From an uncultured Candidatus Saccharibacteria bacterium (GTDB lineage Bacteria > Patescibacteriota > Minisyncoccia > Phycocordibacterales > UBA12079), in assembly GCA_964459145.1 (NCBI GenBank), contig CAYWKC010000002.1:1-56929 (forward strand): 56,929 nucleotides of DNA, written 5' to 3'. Each line of letters begins with the position of its first letter. The stretch's first letter is position 1. The notes under the pieces were generated by a model. It made no database searches. It saw only the letters and a program-made list of their open reading frames with translations, and had not been told where the DNA came from. Positions 26,184-35,943 of the stretch are shown one piece after another. Made by a program: the position numbers and the translations under genes.

Positions 26184-27256
26184 TTGTCGGGGCTGGACTG
26201 TTTGGCTGTACTTTTGCATATTCAGCAAAAAATAATGGGAAAAAATGCCTCGTGATTGATAAGCGCCCACATCTTGGCGGAAATGTTTATTGTGAAAAGA
26301 TAGAAGGTATTAATGTCCATAAATATGGAGCACATATTTTCCACACATCAGACAAACAGGTTTGGAATTTTGTAAATAAATTTGTAGTATTTAATAGATA
26401 TACTCATTCTGTATTGGCAAATTACAAAGGACAAATATACAGCTTGCCTTTTAACATGTTTACTTTTTATCAACTCTGGGGAACTCAAACCCCAGAGCAA
26501 GCTAAGAAAAAAATAGCTGAACAAGTTAAAAAAGCCGGAGTAAAAAAACCAAAAAATTTAAAAGAACAAGCTATTTCCCTTGTAGGTACGGATATTTATG
26601 AGAAATTAATTAAAGGATATACCGAAAAACAATGGGGACGAAAAACAACTAATCTCCCAGCGTTTATAATAAAAAGGTTGCCCATCAGATTTACTTATGA
26701 TAATAATTATTATAATGATAGCTTTCAAGGAATACCAATTGGTGGATATAATAAATTAATCAATGAACTACTTAAGAATACGGACACTCGATTAAACTGT
26801 GATTTTTTTTCAAATAAATCTGAACTAAGCAAAATTGCAGAAAAAATAGTATTCACTGGAAAGATTGACGAATATTTTAACTATAAATATGGGAAATTGG
26901 CCTACAGAAGTTCACATTTTGAAAACGAGGTCTTGGAAACCAACAATTTTCAAGGACATTCTGTCATAAATTATACTTCCATAGATGCCCCTTTTACACG
27001 CATAATTGAACACAAACACTTTGAATTTGGAACACAACCAAAAACAGTTATTACAAAAGAGTATCCTTTAGAATATCAGGGAGTTGGAGAAGCCTTCTAT
27101 CCGATAAATGATACAAAAAATACCAACCTTTATGAAAAATACAGAAAACTATCTCTAAAAGAGAAAAATATCATTTTTGGAGGAAGATTGGCTGAATATA
27201 AGTATTATGATATGGATCAAGTGATTAAAAAAGCATTAAATCATAAGTTTAAATGA
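26150..27256 (+). CDS. glf: UDP-galactopyranose mutase
   Basis: YDYLIVGAGLFGCTFA (FAD GxGxxG), HKYGAHIFHT, YTEKQWG, GRLAEYKYYDMDQV. Confidence 0.9.
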   Translation: MEKPSKKYDYLIVGAGLFGCTFAYSAKNNGKKCLVIDKRPHLGGNVYCEKIEGINVHKYGAHIFHTSDKQVWNFVNKFVVFNRYTHSVLANYKGQIYSLPFNMFTFYQLWGTQTPEQAKKKIAEQVKKAGVKKPKNLKEQAISLVGTDIYEKLIKGYTEKQWGRKTTNLPAFIIKRLPIRFTYDNNYYNDSFQGIPIGGYNKLINELLKNTDTRLNCDFFSNKSELSKIAEKIVFTGKIDEYFNYKYGKLAYRSSHFENEVLETNNFQGHSVINYTSIDAPFTRIIEHKHFEFGTQPKTVITKEYPLEYQGVGEAFYPINDTKNTNLYEKYRKLSLKEKNIIFGGRLAEYKYYDMDQVIKKALNHKFK

Positions 27257-27687
27257 TGTGGAATAAAATATTTTTGGTAATTAAAAAGTCCCGTCTTGCA
27301 AGTCTATTACTTAGATATCGCCTATTCATAACATACGCAATTATTGGAACAATAAGTGCCAGTTTTGATTTTATTGTTTTTATTTCATTGACTCGTTTTA
27401 TTTCATTGAACTATATGATTGCGAATGTTATTAGTGTTAGTTGTGGAATATTAAATAGCTTTTTATTCAATAGACATTTTAATTTTAGGGTAAAAAGTTA
27501 CCCAGTTAAAAGATTTTTAATTTTTTACAGTATCGGATTATTGGGACTAATTATAAGCTCTCTGGTCTTATGGTTATTTATTGAAGTATTTAACATTAAT
27601 ATAATAGTATCAAAATTGGTAACTATTTTATTAATTACAATATTACAATTTTCTTTAAATAAATTAATCACATTCAAAATAAACTGA
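27253..27687 (+). CDS. GtrA-family membrane protein (polyprenyl-P-sugar flippase-like)
   Basis: 144 aa with 4 TM. FDFIVFISL...NSFLFNRHFNFR is typical of GtrA. ATGA overlap with glf. Confidence 0.8.
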   Translation: MMWNKIFLVIKKSRLASLLLRYRLFITYAIIGTISASFDFIVFISLTRFISLNYMIANVISVSCGILNSFLFNRHFNFRVKSYPVKRFLIFYSIGLLGLIISSLVLWLFIEVFNINIIVSKLVTILLITILQFSLNKLITFKIN

Positions 27688-27688
27688 T

Positions 27689-28408
27689 ATGAACAAATTA
27701 TTTATTGTAATGCCCGCATACAACGAAGAAACAAATATTGAAATGGTAATAAATCAATGGCACCCCATTGTTAAAAAAATTGGCTCTAGCAGTAAATTAG
27801 TGATTTTTGACGACGGGAGTAAAGATTCTACATTTTCAATTATGCAAAAATTACAAGAAAAATATCCTTATCTAATACCAGCCAAGAAACAAAATTCTGG
27901 GCATGGCGCAACCTGTCTTTACGCTTATCAATATGCTATCACCAATAAAGCAGATTATATTTTCCAAACTGATTCAGATGGGCAAACTAGCCCAGATGAG
28001 TTTTGGGATTTTTGGAATTTGCGTAAGAATTATAATTTTATTATCGGAACAAGAAAAAACAGAAAAGACGGTTTCAGTCGAAAAATAATCACTAAAGTTT
28101 TAAAATTAATAATATTTTTAATTTTTAAGGTAAAAATAGATGACCCTAACACCCCCTTTAGGTTAATGAAAACAAAAAAATTGAAAAAATATTTGAGTAT
28201 TGTCCCACCAGATTTCTTTCTATCTAATGTATTAATTAGCATTTTAATTGTTAAAAATAAGGAATTATATAAATGGCTACCCATTTCATTTCGACCCAGA
28301 CAAGGTGGCGTTAATTCTATAAATTTAAAGCGAATATTTAAAATTGGAATAAAAGCCTTAAGGGATTTCAATAATATAAAAAATAAGTTAAATAATTATG
28401 AAAGATAG
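27689..28408 (+). CDS. GT2 polyprenyl-phosphate glycosyltransferase (GtrB/DPM1-like)
   Basis: IVMPAYNEE, VIFDDGSKD, QTDSDGQ, NTPFRLM. Confidence 0.85.
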   Translation: MNKLFIVMPAYNEETNIEMVINQWHPIVKKIGSSSKLVIFDDGSKDSTFSIMQKLQEKYPYLIPAKKQNSGHGATCLYAYQYAITNKADYIFQTDSDGQTSPDEFWDFWNLRKNYNFIIGTRKNRKDGFSRKIITKVLKLIIFLIFKVKIDDPNTPFRLMKTKKLKKYLSIVPPDFFLSNVLISILIVKNKELYKWLPISFRPRQGGVNSINLKRIFKIGIKALRDFNNIKNKLNNYER

Positions 28409-29942
28409 AATTAAAAAATTGTTTTCTGAGAAAAAAGATTTCATTCACCCTTCTTCAATTCTGCTTATTTGGTTTTTTATTATTTTTTTCTTCATTAAAA
28501 ACAATATCGGTAATTCAAGTTTTTGGTTTGATGAAAGTGGACAGTTTTGGATAGCAAAAGGTCTTAATCACTATTCTCAATCATTTTCTGTCGCAGGAAA
28601 TCTATGGCAGGTTCTATCAAATAATATTAAATTTAATCTTGACCCTGGTGGTTTTTCAATAATCTTGCATTTCTGGACAATGTTATCAAATAATCTCCTC
28701 TTTTTAAGAATTTTACCTCTTTCCTTTTTCATATTAGCAATAATTTTAGTTTCTAAATTATGCATAATTTGGAAACCAAAAAATTATTTAGCGTATTTAG
28801 GAGGTTTTATTTTATTGTTATCCCCAATTCTTAATTACTACGCATTCGAACTACGCCCATACAGTATGGAAATATTAGCTACGATATTATCTATTTACTT
28901 TTGTTATAAAATCAAAGATATCTTGAATGATTACAAATATGCATCGTTCTCGGGGATTTTACTAGCTTTTTTATTAACCTCTAGATATAGTGTTTTATTT
29001 TCAATTATTTCACTCACAATCATAATTTTTTACACATTAATTTTCAAATCTTTCAAGAAAAAAAACATTATTAATTTTATAATCTTTATCCTTCCAATAA
29101 TAATTAGTTGTTTCCTTATTTATGAATTTACTCTCCAATATCAAAACCCTACTGGAATTCCTCCTTCCTATGTTAATGAATTGATGTTTAAGACATGGCC
29201 TGTTTCAGATGTATTATTTAATAAATTAATCGATAAAACAACACTAAAAGTATTATTTCCTTTTTTATCTTTGATCCTTCTGTATTTAATTTCTTTCAAA
29301 AACAACTATCTAAAAAATATTCTTAAAACCTATAATTTATTTTTTTATTACTCTTTAATTTTAAATTTAATATTTATTATTCTCTCTTTTTTGGGAAAAT
29401 ATCCATGGGCAATAAACTCTAGGTGGAATATTTCAATTCATTCCCTTTTCATAATTAGCTGGCTACCGTTAATATTTATACTTATGGATTTTTTATCTGT
29501 AAAGAAAAATTTTTTATTTAAATCATTTCGAATTATAATTTTAGCAATTTTTATTATATACTCTTTTGATAAGGCTTATACTTTTCGATATATAACTTCT
29601 GATTTAATTTATTTAAATTATACTAAAAATAATGTTAGTCCTGATTCAAAAATTTTGATAAATACTGAAGCCAGTCCAACATTAAGATACTTGTTTGAAT
29701 ATGGATCATTGAAAAATTTTAAGAATAGTTACACCTATAAAAATTTTTCAATGTTTAACGATACAGATAGTGATTCTATAAAAAATTTTGACAAAGTTGA
29801 TAATTACGACTATATTATTTTGACTGGCCTTGATTATTCTAAATCCAATATAAAGAATATTTTAGATCAAAAACCAAATTGGATTGATGCTACAGTAGGA
29901 GAAAAATCAAAATTATTAAAAAATATTAATACCGTAAAATAA
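28398..29942 (+). CDS. Multi-pass membrane glycosyltransferase, GT-C fold (ArnT/PMT-like, in the GtrC position)
   Basis: About 11 predicted TM helices, FWFDESGQF near the first loop, and a soluble C-terminal domain of about 100 aa. Overlaps the GtrB-like gene by 11 nt. Confidence 0.5.
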   Translation: MKDRIKKLFSEKKDFIHPSSILLIWFFIIFFFIKNNIGNSSFWFDESGQFWIAKGLNHYSQSFSVAGNLWQVLSNNIKFNLDPGGFSIILHFWTMLSNNLLFLRILPLSFFILAIILVSKLCIIWKPKNYLAYLGGFILLLSPILNYYAFELRPYSMEILATILSIYFCYKIKDILNDYKYASFSGILLAFLLTSRYSVLFSIISLTIIIFYTLIFKSFKKKNIINFIIFILPIIISCFLIYEFTLQYQNPTGIPPSYVNELMFKTWPVSDVLFNKLIDKTTLKVLFPFLSLILLYLISFKNNYLKNILKTYNLFFYYSLILNLIFIILSFLGKYPWAINSRWNISIHSLFIISWLPLIFILMDFLSVKKNFLFKSFRIIILAIFIIYSFDKAYTFRYITSDLIYLNYTKNNVSPDSKILINTEASPTLRYLFEYGSLKNFKNSYTYKNFSMFNDTDSDSIKNFDKVDNYDYIILTGLDYSKSNIKNILDQKPNWIDATVGEKSKLLKNINTVK

Positions 29943-29963
29943 CTTGGATTAATTACTTATTAC

Positions 29964-30947
29964 ATGCAAACTAATTTTAATACTCCTATTTTATTTTTGA
30001 TCTTCAATCGCCCTGACACCACTCAAAAAGTTTTTGATGAGATTAAAAAAGTTAGACCCAAACAACTCTTCGTAGTTGCTGATGGAGCAAGAACTAATGA
30101 GGAGCAAAAACTTTGCAACCAAGCAAGAAAAATAATTAATCAAATTGATTGGGATTGTGAAATACACAAAAATTATTCAGATAAAAATCTTGGCTGTAAA
30201 ATAAGAGTTTCCTCTGGTATTGATTGGTTCTTTGAGAATGTTGAGAAAGGGATTATTTTAGAAGATGATTGTGTCCCTCACCAAAATTTTTTCCGATACT
30301 GCGAAGAATTATTAAAAAAATACAAAGATAACAATAAAATAATGTCTATCAGTGGAAATAATTTTCAGGGTGACCACAAGAGAGGTTCAGGAAGCTATTA
30401 TTTCTCAAATTACTTTCACTGCTGGGGATGGGCAACATGGAGAAGGGCTTGGAAACATTATAATGTCAAAATGAAAACATTTCCCGAATTTAAAAGACAG
30501 AAGAAAATAGAAAATATTTTTAAGAAAAAAGAAGCTCAATTATATTGGTTAAATATTTTTGATAATGCTTACCATAATTTGGTAAATACATGGGATTACC
30601 AATATCTATATACAATTTTAAATAATAAAGGAGTAAATATAATTCCTAATACAAACCTTGTTTCTAATATTGGTTCAAATAAAAGTTCTCGTAAGTTAGA
30701 AATGACTTCAAATAAAACTATCAATAAAATAAGGTTACCAATGAAAGAATTACTATTTCCTCTTATTCATCCTAAACTCATTAAAATAGATGACCAAGCA
30801 GATGATTATACTGATAAACATTTATTTAGAAGAAAAAGAGAAAAAGGAATTTTCAGTCTACTGAAAAAAATTCTTAAAAAATTAAGATTGTACAATTTTA
30901 TAAAAAAATATGTCAAAAAACAAAACAAGGAAACAATCCAAAGATAA
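29964..30947 (+). CDS. GT-A-fold glycosyltransferase, GnT-I/HlpA-like (paralogue of 15103-16101)
   Basis: NTPILFLIFNRPDTTQKVF...LFVVADGA...ILEDDCVP...CWGWATWRRAW. Confidence 0.6.
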   Translation: MQTNFNTPILFLIFNRPDTTQKVFDEIKKVRPKQLFVVADGARTNEEQKLCNQARKIINQIDWDCEIHKNYSDKNLGCKIRVSSGIDWFFENVEKGIILEDDCVPHQNFFRYCEELLKKYKDNNKIMSISGNNFQGDHKRGSGSYYFSNYFHCWGWATWRRAWKHYNVKMKTFPEFKRQKKIENIFKKKEAQLYWLNIFDNAYHNLVNTWDYQYLYTILNNKGVNIIPNTNLVSNIGSNKSSRKLEMTSNKTINKIRLPMKELLFPLIHPKLIKIDDQADDYTDKHLFRRKREKGIFSLLKKILKKLRLYNFIKKYVKKQNKETIQR

Positions 30948-31779
30948 AAAAGTTGCTTTTACAATGGGAATTACCAATAATTGGGCTTTTGCGGGGGGGA
31001 CAATTCTTTTTGGCTTAAAAAATAATCCACCTAAGATTCCCCACGATGTTATAATCTTTGAATATAATTTAAGTGATAAAAATAAAAACTTATTAAGAAG
31101 TATTTGTCCATGTATTTTCCAAAAATTTAATATTTCGCAGATTCAAGCAGAAAATTTCAAAAGAATTTCCAAAATGGCCTTTGCTCGCTATGAAAATTTC
31201 TCTCTTTTAAGCCAATACTCTATTGTAGTTTGGTTAGATGCGGATATTTTAATCAAAGGAGATATCTCATTTTTAGGACGATCCTTTCCGTCAGGGATTG
31301 CCATGCACAAACACAAAAAAACAACTCTCAAAGAAGGCATTAAAGGAAATTTTGTTGGTTATAATTTAGAAAAAGAAGTTTTTGCTAGCGGAAGCTTGGT
31401 TTTAAGTGATACTATCAAAAACCCAGAAATTCTAAAAGAATGGTGTTATAAAAAAACCAATGAATGGGCAAATAAAATAAGTGGGGATATGCAAATATTA
31501 AATCTAATGCTACAAGAATTTAATTTAACCCCTTATGAATTACCAGAAACTTACTGTTGCCCCCCAAAGAGAGAAAAAATTGATACTTTGATTGTTCACC
31601 CATGGTGGAGAAAAAAATTCTGGAACAAAGTTATTAATCCACAATGGGATCATTATTACAAAAAATGGAGAGCTTTAGGTGGAGACGCCCCCAAATTACC
31701 TTACCCCATTAGACGATGGGTAAAATATAAGGCATGGAAGGTGGGTTTGTTAAAAAAATATGGAAAAAATTATTCATGA
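30910..31779 (+). CDS. Glycosyltransferase family 8-like
   Basis: FARYENFSLLSQYSIVVWLDADILIKGD (DxD). An alternative start at ATG 30964 would remove the 38-nt overlap. Confidence 0.6.
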   Translation: MSKNKTRKQSKDKKVAFTMGITNNWAFAGGTILFGLKNNPPKIPHDVIIFEYNLSDKNKNLLRSICPCIFQKFNISQIQAENFKRISKMAFARYENFSLLSQYSIVVWLDADILIKGDISFLGRSFPSGIAMHKHKKTTLKEGIKGNFVGYNLEKEVFASGSLVLSDTIKNPEILKEWCYKKTNEWANKISGDMQILNLMLQEFNLTPYELPETYCCPPKREKIDTLIVHPWWRKKFWNKVINPQWDHYYKKWRALGGDAPKLPYPIRRWVKYKAWKVGLLKKYGKNYS

Positions 31780-32624
31780 ATTCTGCTAAGTAAGTAAATA
31801 ATTTCACTAGATTTTTCTTGAATACCGAAAAATTTTAACTGTTTTTTTATTGTCTTATTAGCTCTTCTCAGGTGTGATTTCAATTTAGAATATTGAGAAC
31901 AATAAAGTTTAATAGCTTTTTTCTTTTTTCTCCCTTCTCCACTTCTAACTCTTATATACATAGGAATGACACTTAAATTAAATCTTTTTTCTAATTCTTT
32001 TTGGGGAACAAAAAAATCATTATCATTTTTAGAAATTAAATTTGAAGTGTAAGGCATATCTTGATAAAAACATATAAAAAAATTATCTGGATCAGAAGCT
32101 ATAGAAACAACTGCATTAGTTATTATCTTATGGTCTATATGCGAAGGAACTGCTGGAACATAAATAAAGCACTTCTTTTTCTTATTTTTAGACAAAAAAG
32201 AAATTAAATCTGATTTGATTTTAAACCTTAATTCTTCTTCGCTGTAATATTTCTCTTTAAGCTTGTCCCTATGTTGTCTCTCAAAATAATTAAAATTAAG
32301 ATAATTAGATTTAGGAATATCTAAAAAAGAAAAAGCTTTTTTTTCTTCTTCTCTTCGTTTTAGGATAGCTTCATCACTGTTCTTGAAACCACATTTACTA
32401 TCCCATTTACTAGAGAATGGGATTTTAGGTCTCCCCCCGAAGACAGTAACAATATAAATTTGTTCACTCAACGAGGATGTTAAGAACCCCCCCATTGAAA
32501 TTACTGCGTCATCAAAGTGAGGGGAAATTATCAGGTGCATTTCATCTAAGTCATTTTTTAAATGAGCTTTAAATTCTTTAATTTTAGGAAAAATTCTATT
32601 TTTTTTAGAGGAAAAATCACACAT
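31770..32624 (-). CDS. PIG-L/LmbE-family N-acetylglucosaminyl deacetylase
   Basis: LIISPHFDDAVISMGG and HIDHKI zinc-site motifs. Confidence 0.8.
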   Translation of the reverse strand: MCDFSSKKNRIFPKIKEFKAHLKNDLDEMHLIISPHFDDAVISMGGFLTSSLSEQIYIVTVFGGRPKIPFSSKWDSKCGFKNSDEAILKRREEEKKAFSFLDIPKSNYLNFNYFERQHRDKLKEKYYSEEELRFKIKSDLISFLSKNKKKKCFIYVPAVPSHIDHKIITNAVVSIASDPDNFFICFYQDMPYTSNLISKNDNDFFVPQKELEKRFNLSVIPMYIRVRSGEGRKKKKAIKLYCSQYSKLKSHLRRANKTIKKQLKFFGIQEKSSEIIYLLSRIHE

Positions 32625-32682
32625 AATGCTAATTATAAGCTAATTTCACCTATAGATAAAGCAGTGCAACAACAACAACTTT

Positions 32683-33492
32683 ATGATAAAATCTAAAATA
32701 ATGGAAATCCAAATAGAGAAAAACACCAAAGAACCGTGGGATGACCGACATAAAATAGTTTCTGCCTTAATAAATAAAAATGGAGCTGAAATCGCTGTAG
32801 AACTCGGAGTAGCTTTTGGAGGGAATTCAGAAAATATATTAAGTAATACCAATGTAAAAAAATTATATGGGGTAGATTCATACAAAAATCGTTGGACATA
32901 TAATGATGGTATGAATAAGAAACAACCAGAATTAGATTATATTTATCAAAAAACAATTGAAAGGTTAAAAAAGTTTGGTCAGCGCTATGAACACATAAGA
33001 AAATCTTCAAGAGATGCTCTCAAAGATACCCCTAACAATCTTGATTTTGTCTATATTGATGCCGACCATTCTTATATAGGGTGCTTAAATGACTTACGGT
33101 TATGGGTGCCAAAAGTGAAAGTGGGAGGAATTATTGCTGGCGATGACTATCACAGTAAAACATCACCTGGAGTAACAATTGCTGTCAATAAATACTTTAA
33201 AAAATTAAAATGGGGGGGGTGCGCCGAGGGTCCTCATGTCTGGTGGGTAAAAAAAGAAAAAATCAATCCAAATTTATCTTTTTTTAATAAATTATTTTTG
33301 TTTAATCCAATTATTAGAAAAATCCATTTTTTCTTGGGAGAATTTTATAACGCAACTTTTGGAAAATTCTTTTTCAAAACATATTTTTTTAGGAAAAGAT
33401 TTAAACACAAATTTAGAGAAGTTATTAAAAAAATTCTCCCAAATAAATTACTGGTTTGTTTAAAAAAATATCATGCAAAAGACACCAAATAA
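32683..33492 (+). CDS. Class I SAM-dependent methyltransferase (Methyltransf_24-like)
   Basis: VELGVAFGGNS...LDFVYIDADHSY...GGIIAGDDY. Confidence 0.7.
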   Translation: MIKSKIMEIQIEKNTKEPWDDRHKIVSALINKNGAEIAVELGVAFGGNSENILSNTNVKKLYGVDSYKNRWTYNDGMNKKQPELDYIYQKTIERLKKFGQRYEHIRKSSRDALKDTPNNLDFVYIDADHSYIGCLNDLRLWVPKVKVGGIIAGDDYHSKTSPGVTIAVNKYFKKLKWGGCAEGPHVWWVKKEKINPNLSFFNKLFLFNPIIRKIHFFLGEFYNATFGKFFFKTYFFRKRFKHKFREVIKKILPNKLLVCLKKYHAKDTK

Positions 33493-34384
33493 CAAATCTC
33501 AGCATTGTGTCTTTATTTTATGGAGTAACGGTTTTAAACATGCTCCTGAAATAATTGATATTATTCGTAATTATCCTGAAATAGAAATTCAGAAGGTTTT
33601 TTTATACCAAACGGATAAGATTAAAAAATTTATTGACCAAGTTTATGCTAATGATGATATTCCTAAAGTCCATATAAGAAAAAAGACAAAATACATAAAA
33701 AAAAGTAAAAACCCTAATGTAGCGGTTGTTTTGGCGATCAATCATAGACCAGAAGAAATCTTAAGAGGACGAGGAGAATTTCGCCATATAGAATGTCAAC
33801 GAGTAAAAGATTTAAAAGACAAAATACGAAATCAATTCAACCCCAAAAAAGCAGACGGTAGTAGAATAGAAGAACATGTTATTCATGCCACTGATTCTGA
33901 ACACCATGTAGATTATCTTCTCAGAGTGTTAGGATACAAAGAAGGTCTCCAACATTTCACCAAAACTCCTAATCAAATTATCCCTGTCCCCCATCATATT
34001 AAATCCTTTTCACACTTTACTTTAAAAAAAGTCCCAATAGATTCAATTTATTGCCACATTTTAACAGGCACTCGTCATTCATTTTCAACAGAGATTATGC
34101 CGTTAAAAGACTCCCCTCACTATAAATTTCTTACAGGTCAACCTGAAATATATGAAGAATATATCAAAGAGTTTAGTGGTATTTATATCACCGATGATTA
34201 CAGTCCTCAAAAATTTAGCAACCTAATAAAAGATTTTTCTTATCTCTCACCCCCACATGAATTAAACTATATCATCACAGATGAGTTTCAATTAAATAAA
34301 TATGTAATTAGGAATGGACTACACCGAACAGCTATTTTAAAGAGCCAAGGTTATAAAGAAGCTTTAATTCTCATAAAAGAATAA
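33473..34384 (+). CDS. Hypothetical two-domain protein: NDK-like N-half, ParB/Srx-like C-half
   Basis: CVFILWSNG...KIRNQF...HVIHATDSEHHVDYLL resembles the NDK pattern (FIMIKPDG...IHGSDS.E.A..EI). VPIDSIY...YVIRNGLHRTAILKSQGY resembles the ParB DGxHR block. Confidence 0.35.
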   Translation: MQKTPNNKSQHCVFILWSNGFKHAPEIIDIIRNYPEIEIQKVFLYQTDKIKKFIDQVYANDDIPKVHIRKKTKYIKKSKNPNVAVVLAINHRPEEILRGRGEFRHIECQRVKDLKDKIRNQFNPKKADGSRIEEHVIHATDSEHHVDYLLRVLGYKEGLQHFTKTPNQIIPVPHHIKSFSHFTLKKVPIDSIYCHILTGTRHSFSTEIMPLKDSPHYKFLTGQPEIYEEYIKEFSGIYITDDYSPQKFSNLIKDFSYLSPPHELNYIITDEFQLNKYVIRNGLHRTAILKSQGYKEALILIKE

Positions 34385-34387
34385 AAT

Positions 34388-35104
34388 ATGGACAATATCC
34401 CAAAAATAAATATCGCTGAAATCTTTAAAGAAATTGAAGATTTAAATTATATTCTTATTAAGAAACCCGAGCATTTCCCCGCTTATTATACTGGAAGTGA
34501 TTTGGATATTATTTGTGATAATAAAAAAGAATTAATCCAAAAAATCTTAATTATTGGGAATGTTTATGTTGAAAAACACAATTTTGAAATAAGAGTTTCT
34601 TCCAATGAAAATACCAAACACACCAAAGTAGATTTTTATTTTGGAGAAATGTTAGTATTGCGATTTGACGTTCACGAAGGTCTGCCTAAATTCAAAAATG
34701 TCAAAATACGTGATGATTACTCTAATTCCTTATTGGAAAACAAACAAAAATTAGAAATAAAAGATAAAGAAAAAACTTTTACAATAAATATTCCAGCAGA
34801 TATTGATGAATTAATTTTTCGTTATATAGAATATTATGAATGGTTTGAAAGACGACCAGATAAATTGAAACATCTAAAATATGTGGAAGATAATATAAAA
34901 AACGAGAACGACAAAAAAACTTTTTTTGACCGTCTCCATCTTTATATGGATTTGGTGGGCAAAGATGATATTTCTGCCCCCGCCAAACAATTCAAACAAA
35001 ATAAATTAGTCCAAACTAATATCAAAACTAAAATTAAACGAGAATTAAAATACCACGCCCCTCTAATTTACAAAACACTCATCAAAATTAAAAGGAAACT
35101 ATGA
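34388..35104 (+). CDS. Hypothetical protein with a pol-beta-type nucleotidyltransferase-like motif
   Basis: YYTGSDLDIICD...KVDFYF fits the G[SG]...DxD...D pattern. The rest is unassignable. Confidence 0.35.
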   Translation: MDNIPKINIAEIFKEIEDLNYILIKKPEHFPAYYTGSDLDIICDNKKELIQKILIIGNVYVEKHNFEIRVSSNENTKHTKVDFYFGEMLVLRFDVHEGLPKFKNVKIRDDYSNSLLENKQKLEIKDKEKTFTINIPADIDELIFRYIEYYEWFERRPDKLKHLKYVEDNIKNENDKKTFFDRLHLYMDLVGKDDISAPAKQFKQNKLVQTNIKTKIKRELKYHAPLIYKTLIKIKRKL

Positions 35105-35943
35105 TAATAACAAAATTAAATGGTGGATTGGGTAATCAACTTTTCCAATATGCTCTTGGTAGACATCTAGCAAACATCAAAAAAACAACTCTCAAATTGG
35201 ATATCAATAGATATCAACAAAAAAATAGTATTCGACAATATAAATTAAATAATTTTAATATTACTGAAAATATAGCTACACGAGAGGAAATAAAGAAATT
35301 AAAAAAATTTTCTAAAATACCTTTTTTATCAAAATATAAAAAAGAAAAAAGTAGAGATTTTGATAGTTCAATTTTATCAACAAAAAACAACTCCTATTTA
35401 GAAGGTTATTGGCAAAGTGAAAAGTACTTCCAAGATGTTAAAGATATAATCAGAAAAGAATTTACTTTAAAAAATTCCTCGTCAGATAGTTTTAATAAAT
35501 TAAACAAAAAAATTTTAACAGCGGGAAATAACTCTGTCGCTTTACACGTTCGACATGGGGACTATTCACAAGATCCAAAAAAAAATGAACGACATACTGC
35601 CTTACCACTTAGATATTATGAAAAAGCAATTAAACTTATATCAGAAAAAATAACCAATCCTTTCTTTTTTGTCTTTTCAGATGACATAGAATGGTGCAAA
35701 CAAAATCTTAAACTTGATAATGTTTATTATATAGAAAACAAAAACTTGCCAGATTACGAAGCGCTAATTGCAATGAGCAAATGCAAACACCAAATAATTG
35801 CCAATAGTTCTTTCAGTTGGTGGGGAGCTTGGTTAAATTCTAATTCAAACAAAACTGTAATTGCCCCTACTCCATGGTATAACGATTTAAAAATAAATAT
35901 GGATGACCGTCTTCCTGGAAACTGGATCAGAATAAGCGTTTAA
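35101..35943 (+). CDS. Alpha-1,2-fucosyltransferase (GT11)
   Basis: GGLGNQLFQYALGRHLA, LHVRHGDY and NSSFSWWGAWLN are the three GT11 signature motifs. Confidence 0.85.
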   Translation: MIITKLNGGLGNQLFQYALGRHLANIKKTTLKLDINRYQQKNSIRQYKLNNFNITENIATREEIKKLKKFSKIPFLSKYKKEKSRDFDSSILSTKNNSYLEGYWQSEKYFQDVKDIIRKEFTLKNSSSDSFNKLNKKILTAGNNSVALHVRHGDYSQDPKKNERHTALPLRYYEKAIKLISEKITNPFFFVFSDDIEWCKQNLKLDNVYYIENKNLPDYEALIAMSKCKHQIIANSSFSWWGAWLNSNSNKTVIAPTPWYNDLKINMDDRLPGNWIRISV

